From a virus, in the IMG/VR virus record IMGVR_UViG_3300030060_004277, positions 1 through 64,000 of that record: a stretch of DNA of 64,000 bases; one strand, 5' to 3'. Below are positions 18,233-28,600 of the stretch, in pieces. Numbering within the stretch: position 1 is the first letter of the stretch; each line of letters starts with the position of its first letter. Position numbers and translations under genes: made by a program. The notes beneath the pieces were generated by a model. That model saw only the letters and a program-made list of their open reading frames with translations, did not search any database and had not been told where the DNA came from.

Positions 18233-20851
18233 TCATACTGCTATGCCCTTCCATGCCACTTTAAACGTATACGCCTTACTACCGACACCGGGAGTGATTA
18301 GGAGTTGTATGTTCCCACTCGCCTCCTGTGCTGCGAAGGTGGAAAATGCCGCACCGCTATCGGTCCTTACCTGTCCGTACACGGTGATTGCAGCAGCGCT
18401 GCCACCAGACCCACCGGTGTGGCTAATCACGGCCTCATGGGTCTCGTAATCGCTATCCGTGGTATTCTCTATGGAGATGAGCAACTTGGCTCCTCTGAAG
18501 GCAGTCTTAGCGAAGAGGGTTAGTGCCTCTGCTGAATCTGAGTCGCTTGCGCTGGACCCAGTGACATACCCGTGACCAACGCTCTCGTACTGGAAGGAGG
18601 ACACAGGCGTTGCTTGGTTGACACCCACTTTGCCCGAACTGTCGACCTTAAACACACTACTGGCTATTGTGACGTCTCCGCTCCCTGTAATCGTGCCTGT
18701 ATTGACAGCATCGGAGAAACTGGTCGCCCATCTGATGCTGCTGCTACCGAGGTTCTTACTGCTGTCAGCGCTTGGGAAGAGATGCTGGTTGAACGTCCAA
18801 GAGTCAGTGGAGTCGGTGAATAGGATGGTCTTGTCGCCATCGCTGCTGTCTAGCGTGATGCCCCCACCATCGACTGCTGCGTCATTACCGACGCCGTTGC
18901 CTAGGACCATATTGATGTCCTCGACGTTCACAGTCGCGGTGTTCAGTGTCGTGCTAGTGCCACTGATAATCAGATTACCCGTAACCGTGAGGTCCTGATT
19001 AACCGTCAAGGTTCCAGCAGGGCCTATGGCTGTGACGGTATTGAGATTGGAAGGGAGGTCACCGCTTGCGATTGTATCGAAGATTATCGCATCTGGTGTG
19101 CTATTGACTTGCAGGAACTTATTGGCAGCGCCTGAGAAGTTGGCCGGTGTGTCGGTCAGTCCGACTATCGTGGTAGCACCGACGCTGTCCCCATCGAGCA
19201 GTATCTTGGTGGGGCCTGAGTAGAGCCTGTTGCTGTCTGCGCTGTTCCTCCAGAGCGAGTTCGCTGCTGTGGTCTTGTATGGGTTCTTGCCCACTGGCGT
19301 AAACTCTATGCCGGTCGGACCGAAGATTGGCTTGCTGATGTTAGCCACACCATCGATTGTTATCTTCCCCTCTCTGTAGATGGGGTCATCGTTGTTCACG
19401 GTGACGAGAGTCCCGGCACCGATGGTGATGCTCGTGGATGTGACTGCTGTCACAGTGCCTATCACATCACCTGCATTGTTCGTCCTTCTCAGGACGTCAC
19501 CGACGGATATCTTCGTGGTTGCATCCACACTATCTACCGTCATGGCAGAAGTAGTAGCAGCACTGTATCCGCCACCGTTGTTGATGAGGACGCCTGTGAT
19601 TTCCCCCTTGAGGAAGATAAGGTCCGCATCGGAGGTGTGATTACCAGCGCCGTCTGATATCTGCACGCTACTGACAACACCACTCGCTGCACCTGATACG
19701 TTACCAGAGACGAATGCCTGCCTCCAAGTGTCGTCACCGTCATACGCGAAGATAGCGCTCTTGTTGGTGGCTAGTGTGAACTTGGCAGTTCCGGAATTAC
19801 CATCTGGAGACTCATTGAATAGAACTGTGTTAGAGCCACTTAGGTTCAGCACGGTGATTACATGACTTTTGGGAAATTCTCCTACGGGGTTGAGTTCGAC
19901 ACCAGAACCACCCGGTGTCATAATGAAGTAATTGCCAGTATCGACTTTGAATGTCTGCGTGGTGGTCGCCGTCACTAGGTTATCAGGGCCCAGCCTCCAA
20001 GTGTTACGACTGGACGACTGCACGCCACTGAAGTATAGCACGGATTCGCTGTTCTCATTGCTACTCATCCAGAGAGCACCTAGGGGATTGTCCGAGTTAG
20101 TGAGAGCCCCAGTCTCATTACCTGCACCGTGCATACCATCAAGCCCTGAGGCGGATGTGATTCTGTTCGTGAATGTACCCACGGTGTCCTTGGTCATGGG
20201 TGTCATGTATATCGGTGATTGGCGAATGAAGGTCCTCATGTCGTATATCGTATCGACCTCCAAATCCAAGTCCCCACCGCTGTCGTTGTAGATGCACTTG
20301 ACGACAGCGAGAACAGTGCTCTGCTTGGAGTTTAGATTCAACGTACCATGAGTGTCGTGTGTGGCTACAGCGAGCCCGCTAGTGTCCGTTAGGAAGGACT
20401 CAGGCGTCACGGGGAACCCACTGGAGACCGGAGTGCCCATCTCCACCATGATGTGTTTGTAATTGGTCTCACCGTATGTTGACACGTACACAACGAGAAG
20501 AACAGACTGTCCACTGGTCAGGGCTGAGTTGTTTCCCTCAATCGTACTTTGTTGCAGGGTAAGTGAGTACGTGTTGGCATTGACACCAACGGTGTAGTCG
20601 CCAAAGTCAACAACCATCCCGTCTATCACAGCATACCCAGCCTTGATGTTGAGCCCGTTGGTCCCGTTCTTCGCTATCGCACCTGATAGGGATGCGGGTG
20701 TGTTGCGATTGCCGCTGGTGCTAGTCGCGCCGTCCTCAAGCAGAAGTATCCCGTTACCGTGTGTCGCTTCCAAGAGATTGGTGAAAGAGGGGGACATAAC
20801 GAAGTCCCCGTCAGTCAATCTCCCTGTGTGCCCGCTTATCCCACTCGCCAT
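18233..20851 (-). CDS. Tail fibre / baseplate-anchored fibre protein
   Basis: LTVTGNLIISGTSTTLNT, NLGSSSIRW, C-terminal FRGAKL domain. Confidence 0.8.
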   Translation of the reverse strand: MASGISGHTGRLTDGDFVMSPSFTNLLEATHGNGILLLEDGATSTSGNRNTPASLSGAIAKNGTNGLNIKAGYAVIDGMVVDFGDYTVGVNANTYSLTLQQSTIEGNNSALTSGQSVLLVVYVSTYGETNYKHIMVEMGTPVSSGFPVTPESFLTDTSGLAVATHDTHGTLNLNSKQSTVLAVVKCIYNDSGGDLDLEVDTIYDMRTFIRQSPIYMTPMTKDTVGTFTNRITSASGLDGMHGAGNETGALTNSDNPLGALWMSSNENSESVLYFSGVQSSSRNTWRLGPDNLVTATTTQTFKVDTGNYFIMTPGGSGVELNPVGEFPKSHVITVLNLSGSNTVLFNESPDGNSGTAKFTLATNKSAIFAYDGDDTWRQAFVSGNVSGAASGVVSSVQISDGAGNHTSDADLIFLKGEITGVLINNGGGYSAATTSAMTVDSVDATTKISVGDVLRRTNNAGDVIGTVTAVTSTSITIGAGTLVTVNNDDPIYREGKITIDGVANISKPIFGPTGIEFTPVGKNPYKTTAANSLWRNSADSNRLYSGPTKILLDGDSVGATTIVGLTDTPANFSGAANKFLQVNSTPDAIIFDTIASGDLPSNLNTVTAIGPAGTLTVNQDLTVTGNLIISGTSTTLNTATVNVEDINMVLGNGVGNDAAVDGGGITLDSSDGDKTILFTDSTDSWTFNQHLFPSADSSKNLGSSSIRWATSFSDAVNTGTITGSGDVTIASSVFKVDSSGKVGVNQATPVSSFQYESVGHGYVTGSSASDSDSAEALTLFAKTAFRGAKLLISIENTTDSDYETHEAVISHTGGSGGSAAAITVYGQVRTDSGAAFSTFAAQEASGNIQLLITPGVGSKAYTFKVAWKGIAV

Positions 20852-20852
20852 T

Positions 20853-21200
20853 TCACTTCACCTCTATTATGAATTGCAGATTGACTTCGTTGCTATTGGT
20901 CTTCTTGATTGGTCTGAATACGTGTCTTGTGATAGGTGTAAAGTCATTAGTGCCTCTGAGTTGGATGAACACCTCTTTGAGAGTGTCATCGAATGATTCG
21001 CTACTAGGTATGTTGCCCTCGACCAAGAGAGTTGAGTTATCGAGTATCCTGATGGTTGGTGTGACGGTGATAGCAGGTCTCCCAGCGGCTCCGTCAGTCG
21101 ACGTGGCAGGCGTTCCATCAAACCCGATGACCATCTCATTGATGTTATTTGCTATGGTTTCTATCATGAGTCGCTTCAAATGGTCATTCGCAGGCATCAC
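20853..21200 (-). CDS. Small baseplate / fibre-anchor protein
   Basis: Lies between hub and fibres; LKEV...ITRHVFRPIKK resembles fibre-collar domains. Confidence 0.5.
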   Translation of the reverse strand: MMPANDHLKRLMIETIANNINEMVIGFDGTPATSTDGAAGRPAITVTPTIRILDNSTLLVEGNIPSSESFDDTLKEVFIQLRGTNDFTPITRHVFRPIKKTNSNEVNLQFIIEVK

Positions 21201-22639
21201 ATCTCACCTCTCGTCTGAATCGGAGTTGACTTGTTCAATCCAATGCTGTTTATGTCACCCGTCACACCTGTCACTGTTTGTGCCCCACCCAACTTACCCC
21301 TATTGGTGTTTCCTCCGATGAGGAATCCACTACCGGAAACAGGGGTGACTGTTATTATGGGTAATATGTTTATCTCAAAGCCCTCGAAGAATGAGAAGTT
21401 CTCACTCTTCACTTGATTGACTTTCTCGTTGTTAGTGGTCTCAGAGGACGCTATGCTACCCTCGATGATGCCTTGGAACACACCCTCTATTCCTATGTCT
21501 GCGTTGAGGAACACGAAGTCGCTCATTCTATCTGCCATTCTGTGAATGACTTCCAAGATTGTCAATCTGCTACCGTCGTAGAACACCACGTCACCGGGCC
21601 TCAGGTCCCACAACTCGGGATGGCCATTAGATGAGATGCTGCCAGTTAGCAGGGAGTTGGTCTTGAGTATCTGCCTTGCTACCCTTCTTGCTTGTTGCCT
21701 GTTCGTGATGGATGCGTCGAAGATTGGCGATGTGCTTTCGATGATGTCGTTGTCGAATCTACCTTGTTGTCGTCCTCTGTCATCCATGGTGAGAACGAGG
21801 TTCTCGTTGAGCGCAATCGACATGCCTTGAACTGTGATTCTGTTCTCCGAATGCTCTATGGGGTTTTTGTCCTTCTCACCTACTCTGACATTAGCAGCGA
21901 TAGCGCGAACCGTGGAGGACGAATTGTATGGTGTGTATTGCAATACGCCGTACCTATCATACATGGGTATCCTGTTATCGTGTCTGGAGATGAATCTCAG
22001 AGCGCTGATGAGGTTTATGTTCTTGAAATCAGCAGACAGGAATACATTGCTCACCGTTCTTCTCTGTGAGCCTGTGTTAGTACTACGCAGCGAATTGCCT
22101 ATTGAGAATGCCGTGACTGTGCCGGTTATCGAGCGGGCCAGTTCATTTGCTAGGTCAGTGGTTCTGAGACCTACGTCTACTTTTTGACCCATTCTGACTG
22201 ACTCATCATCGAACCCTATGTCCTTCAGTTTCTTCCCTTTCATGTTGCGTAAGTCGAGCCTGAGACCATTGCTTGTCATGGTGGACGTCCTTCCAATCAA
22301 CCTCATGCTTGGGTCGCTCCTCGCATATAGGAGGGGTGTGGTGATATTCTTTCCTCTGGTTGAGAAGAGGCTGCTCTTGATAGTATGACCATCGGTCTCC
22401 TTGTGAGCGAGTATTATCGCAGACTCAGACTCGACTATGGAGTATGATTTCTCCGTTGCGACGTGATAGGTCTCTGCGTTCCTCTGCTCTATGGTGACTC
22501 TGCTCTTGCCGCTGCTCCTCGGCTCTACCTTGGCAAAGTGAACTGCGTTGTCAACGAACACAGGCCTCCTGCTTTTCGTGGCTATTGTGGTCATCGACGT
22601 GTTGAACGCCCCATTGGAGTTCTGCATCCTAGCCATCAA
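21197..22639 (-). CDS. Putative baseplate hub (Tal/gp27-like)
   Basis: Position; ALRFISR...YDRYG and ARQIL...LRPGDVV hub-like patterns. Confidence 0.5.
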   Translation of the reverse strand: MMARMQNSNGAFNTSMTTIATKSRRPVFVDNAVHFAKVEPRSSGKSRVTIEQRNAETYHVATEKSYSIVESESAIILAHKETDGHTIKSSLFSTRGKNITTPLLYARSDPSMRLIGRTSTMTSNGLRLDLRNMKGKKLKDIGFDDESVRMGQKVDVGLRTTDLANELARSITGTVTAFSIGNSLRSTNTGSQRRTVSNVFLSADFKNINLISALRFISRHDNRIPMYDRYGVLQYTPYNSSSTVRAIAANVRVGEKDKNPIEHSENRITVQGMSIALNENLVLTMDDRGRQQGRFDNDIIESTSPIFDASITNRQQARRVARQILKTNSLLTGSISSNGHPELWDLRPGDVVFYDGSRLTILEVIHRMADRMSDFVFLNADIGIEGVFQGIIEGSIASSETTNNEKVNQVKSENFSFFEGFEINILPIITVTPVSGSGFLIGGNTNRGKLGGAQTVTGVTGDINSIGLNKSTPIQTRGEM

Positions 22640-25600
22640 CTACCATCTCCGCTGTGTTCAGTGACGTTGTAACTCACGTCACCATCGTGTCCCTTGTTAT
22701 GAAGAGCCTGACTGAATCTCGGTCTGATAGTGTAGTCAATTCTCCTCAACTTGTCGTCGCTCTGCTCTTCCTGTCTTCTCCTAGGTGCGTCTGAGCGATG
22801 GTGTTGAAGTGTGTTCTCGCTGATTACCAATCTGGATACGGGTGTCTCTAGGCTTGTAACATCATATCCAGTCACACCCGCACCGGGTATCTTAGGTCCT
22901 TGACTATTGGGTGTGGTTGTGCTGTTATCTGGCACTATGACGTATACTGGTATATACGGCCCATTGCCATCCGGAAGGCTTCTTGACGTTGGTATGTTGT
23001 TAGTCCCCGTTCTGCCGTTCTCGACTTTGTAGGTAAAGAGCCCGTACCTTCCGCCCGACGTGCAGTAGTAGTAATTCGCATCGTATTGCGGCGAGGTGCC
23101 ATCCACTAGGAAGTTGTGGAACCTGAACACCTCTATGTGATTCTTGTCCAAGACTCTGATTGGTCGTAGCATGAACTCCACGACACTATCGCTCTCGTTG
23201 TTCCTCACAGAGTCAGAGGAGTAACTAGTCGTGTCTTGATAGGGGTTCGAGGTGGAGGTGGCTCCGGTGAGACTACCGACTCCCCAACCGGTATCATCGA
23301 AGAGACCAGCGTATGACCTAGTCTCCATTATGTAACTACCACCGTACGGTCTGAAAGCACCGGTATGGGAGAACTTGTAGGCACTGCTCAGTGTTGAGTG
23401 TGAGGATGATTGCCTAGCGAATGATAGCGCATCGTACTCTACATCAGTCAATGTGGATACCGCACTAGTCTTGACTTGGCTCCCGCCCTCCAATATCACT
23501 CTCTGACCGACGCCCCTGTCAGTGTGGAGGCTGTGAGCCTCCGTGTTTATTGCGATATGATGCTGCTCCACTCCCTCGACCGTATCTGCATCGACCCCTA
23601 TCCTCGGGCTCGTCCTTGATATCGGGTCTTTGTGAACGGAGGTACCGACGATGTCCTCTATTCTGTCACTCACCACCGCCTCCGGTTTCAGAAGCCCGTT
23701 CTCGGCTATGCCAAGCCTAGCGCTGATTCCCCTTGGCACCTCATCGGCTCCTAGGACATCGTCCCTCGGTCTCACTAGGCCATTCCCGAAGAGGGGCTCT
23801 GCTGTGTTGTGACTCAGCACCAGTCCTGTTGTGTGCACAGGTGACGAGAGTTCTGTGAGTTTGTCTTCGTTGAACATCGTGGGGTATCTAACGCCGCGCC
23901 CATTGCCCATATCACCGACTCGCAGGGAGTGGGTTGGTGCGAACACATCGACTAGGTTGTTTGCGTCGTTGTTGTTCGCGTTGTTCAGAACACCGCCGAA
24001 CCTAGGCACCGTGTTGCCTGAGGTGACGCTGACGTTGCCGTTCGAGAAGTTCACTATGCCTTTGAGATTGTAGATTGGTTTGCCGTTGTTCCAGATTCTT
24101 CTGTAAGGGGTTCTTGAGTTGGTTCTGTCCTCCTCGTACGCATTGCCACAGTCCCATGATGGCCTGATACCGAATCCACGCACTGGAGCACGTCTTACAG
24201 CCTCTCCACGTTCGTTGCCCCACCAATCTACCAGATAGTACTGCGCGGCCACAGAGAGGCTTGTAAGACCCTTTCCTTCCAAGTCCCCCCACCAGTCCCT
24301 CTCAACACCGCTCGGGTTCCTGAGAGTGCGTACTGGCGTACCGAAGGGCCTTGTCATTCTGCGACCGTCGCTGTATCTGACTTGCAGGTTGGCTTGGTCG
24401 TGTCCTAGCATGCCGGTGAAGTTGGTCAGTCTCTCCATCACACCGACGTATGTCGTTGGGAAGGTGCTGTCATTGGTGCTGTTGCCCGACCATCCCCACG
24501 CGCTGGACTCAATCTGCACGAGTGGCCCTGCTTCGTAGTCAGTGGTGTTGTTACCCTCCACGTTGGCTGTGTTCTCGTGTTGGAACCTGACTGGATTGAC
24601 ACCGTAACGAGGCTTGTTATTGGCTTGCCGTACAGCGTTACGGTACCCGTACGGCCTTCTTCTGGTGCCACCCATGCTACCGACTGCGAGGCCGCTGCTA
24701 AGTGAGTACGAACCATCATCGTCGGCATCCGTCCACTCATTGTTGGATGCTGAGGAGAAGTTGCAGTTGTCAGTAGTGGCATGGAGGTTCCATGATGAGG
24801 ATGCGTAGGAGTAGACGTCTAACCTGCTGGCATGGGCGCCTCCACGGCTACCACAGGGCCAGAAACCACTCAGCATCACGTTCGTCCCACCAACATCGTG
24901 GTCAGAATCACCCGAAGTCACCTCACCGGTCCTAGTGTTCTTGGGTGTCTTGATTAGGAAATCAAAGGGACCGGTGCTTATCACATGTGAGAAGTCGTGA
25001 TAATGTATGGTTTCGAAGTGCTCGGGTATGGAATTGTATGGGGACTTATCGATTGAATTACCAGATAGTGTTGTTCTACTATCTGAGAAGTATGTGTTGG
25101 GCCTACCTAGATTAGGATGCCACATGCAGATAAACGCATCTGGTAGGAATCCGTTGTTGGTATCTTGATTGCCGTCTATAATATCAGGCAGTATGTGTGC
25201 AAATACGCTCTTCTGCCTGTTGGTGAATATCTCTCCTGCGGGTAGAGTGTCGTATTTGTATGATAAACGAACGATTGCGCCATCGTATATGTTGTTCCAA
25301 AAGGCATCTGAGCCTGCTTGCAATTGCAGATAATCGCCCTGATTCACATCATTTACCGCACCACTACGAGAAACTAACTCCTTTGTGTATCTCACTCCGT
25401 TCTTTCCGATGTATTCTACTACTTGTGAGTAGTATGGAGATATAGGGAATGTGTTTGAGTTGCTAATTTGCACTTTACCTGAGGCATTGCTGAATGATAC
25501 GACTGTACTTTTTGGATTTATAGATATATTATTACGTATATTCGAATATATGTCAATATATGTAGAAGTATATCCATTAATTGTCAATTGATTACCTATG

Positions 25601-28600
25601 CTTCCAAAGGTACTTCTGGAGAATAGGTAGTAATCATCAGGTGCATATTGCGTTAATCCCCTGTAGTTTTGCGCCTCTGAGCCTTGTGGTCCGTTCTTAT
25701 GCAGTATTGACCACCATGGTATGTTCAAGGTATACCCCGGAGTGGCGTCTGAGAACATGCTCGCATATGGAAAACCCCTTCTGGTGAATGATGGGGTCTC
25801 AGTTAATTGCACACCGAGTGGGTTGTATGACATCAGTGGTGGTACGTTAGTAAACTGACTACCGTGGTCGGGGCTGATATCGAGCATCACCTCGTTGACG
25901 AACACCTCGCATCCCCTGACGTCTGCTTGTACCTCCTTGGCTAGAACAAGCGCTAAACCACCTATTTTCGTACTTCTGCTTGAATCTCGCTTGATTCCAA
26001 CCACTGTGTTGACTTGTTGACTTGTCAGGCTCACGGTGCTGTCATAGTTGTGATAGCCCACTAATTGATTGGAGAAGACGTTGGGTTGTATGACAATTTG
26101 ATATGCGCCGACCTCAGCAGGGTCAGGGAAGTGCCTTTCCAACGTGTAATTGGCACTTGCCTCGAGAACTACTGTGTGCCCACCTAGTGAATTCATCGTC
26201 CCAGCGGTGCCTGAGGATGCTAGAACACCATAACCATCATATTTCACACCAGTCTCGAACATCAACGTGAACGCCCCTCCATGTATATCGCTGGGCGGCG
26301 ATGGAGCGGCGTTCACACCACTGAAATTTACCTCTGCTTCCAGCGGGTTGATGTTGTCCACCAACGAGGTGCCGAGTGATGTTTCCACCTCTGAGAGCAC
26401 GTTAGTTGAAGTTGTATGCTTGTTGAAAAGACCTGCGTCAAGGAAAGAGGTTGTCGAATTAAAATCAGCCAAATGACGCTCATACAGCGATTGATAGGCA
26501 GGATGAGCCCAGTGTCCGGGTAGCATCGGCATCGTCGGTGTGACGAAATGATGCCCCATTCTAGGGTAGGGCATTGGTGTCATCTGAGGTTCGCTGTATG
26601 CGTTGTGTGCAATCGTGTCACCAGCGAAGTAGAGGGTATGTGCCATATCAGGTGAGTTGCCGCTAACCTCTGCATGGTCCCTCATTCTTCTAGCGGCGAA
26701 GAATCTGGTTGAGCAGGCTGGCACGTAGTAGGATGGCACTACCTTCAGATTGGTGACCGTCTGCCCCGCCATGAAGTCAGCGAAGTCAACATCGCCCACA
26801 ACGGTCAGAGTCGCACTACCAGCACTGGTGTAAGAGCAAACTGCGCCCTCATCGGTCGTGGGGTTGTAGACTCTCAGGAACTTCCTGCTGTCAGCGACCT
26901 CCTTGGTGCCGAACCCAGCGTCTATGACTTTAGCGTCAGGCGTGTCGCTGACCACCAACTGACTGCTGCTCGGTGTCCAACTCACAACAGACAAGTCTTG
27001 ATTTTGCAGGCTACACGCACCGGAGGAGCCAAACGAGTGTGTGTATGTAGTAGGATACCGATGAGTGTGGGAGTGACCCATCTTAGTGACATGGAACAAC
27101 AGGGTCCTGTCATGTAGTTCGTACGAGGACTTGAGTGGGTTGTTGTTGTTCCAAGCGCCGACCTCGGAGTCGAAGGTCACTGGGTTGATTCTCTCCCAAT
27201 TGTGGTCCTCGTACGTAGGTGAGTTTCTGGGACCTGCTACTGAGTTGTCGAACAGGTGACCTATGTGAGTATCGCCGAGGTCTGGGTGTATCATACCACC
27301 AGAGCCCATCGTCTCATTCTGATAAGCCTGCAATGGGTCGAAGCCAGAGCGTACGACGATATTACCGGGTATCGAGTCTGGATTGGGTAGCATCACCTTT
27401 AGGTTGGGTGTGTTACCGCTGTTAGCCAGTGCTGGTGCCTTCCCGTTGGTGCCTCTGTCCGGTGGTGTCCTAAAGCCCCTGATGATTGTCCCCAGTGGGC
27501 TACCGCCCTCTATGACGTGCTCCTGCCCAGCGTCGTCTATGACTGTGATAGACTGGAACTGTATCTCCTCATTGGGGATGTTTAGCACGCTACCCACTGA
27601 GTAGGGGTTCTTCCTCATGAACTCAGGGTGGGATAGTTCCTGCGCTTGGAGCACTGGCATCATCGCGCTGTTGGTCGTCTCGAATGAGAACCTGACATTG
27701 CCGTACAACTTCTCGCCCGTCAGGAAGGCTGTGTCCGATGAGCCTGTCGTATCTACCCTAGTGACCCAAGGAACGGCACCGAGACCACGAGCGTTGATTG
27801 CTGGTAGTGACAGGTTGCCACCATCCATCCTCTTCCACACCACGTTCTCCACCGAGAAGTTCTTCGCAGGTGAGTTTTCGTACATCTGGAATGCGTTGAC
27901 GTCACCCATCCAATACTCAGTCGGATAGGCAACGCTGTTACCAGTGCTGGCTGTGTACGCTGTGCCTGTGTACTTATCAGCAGACACGTTCCTCTGAGCG
28001 TCACCACTCTCAAGCAAGGCAGAGCCCACGCTTCTATCTAGGTCGAAGAGTAGGTCACCGGTCTTGTTTAGACCCGGTGTAGCATTCTTCAGAAGCAGGT
28101 CATTGCTGGCTGATGTCGTATCGACGAAGGTCAGCGTACCGTTTGTGACAGACCCTCCCGTTGTTGAGGCGGATAGTTCGAACTCGGTGGTGCTGGTGAT
28201 GCTCGCTATGGTGGCACCTTCCGGTATGCCAGTCCCAATCACTCTCAGACCAACGATGATTTTGTCATCAGCATCATGCGTGATGGTGGGGTCGTCGTTG
28301 TAGTCACAGGTAGCGTTGGTGAATGAGAAGTTGGTGAAGAAGTCGGACGTGAGGGTATCGGTCCAATTCGCTCCTACCGTGCCTGTTGGCACTGCTGTGC
28401 CATCCACTATCAGAGCCTCGACGTTAGGACCGGCGTTTGCTGGTGCGATGTACCTGTCTTGGTCATGGAATCTGGGGTCGAATTGCGTAGTGCCAGCAGC
28501 GCGTATCTTGTTGCTGCTGGTGGTCTTGAGATGGAGCCAATCACCGTTGCACTGTATCAGGTCACGGTCGTACTTGTTCTTGAGTGCCGTCTCGCATTCG

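Noticed and set aside
9865-22639. Diversity-generating retroelement or invertase-based fibre switching
   Set aside because: No reverse transcriptase or recombinase, and no adenine-specific TR/VR pair seen.
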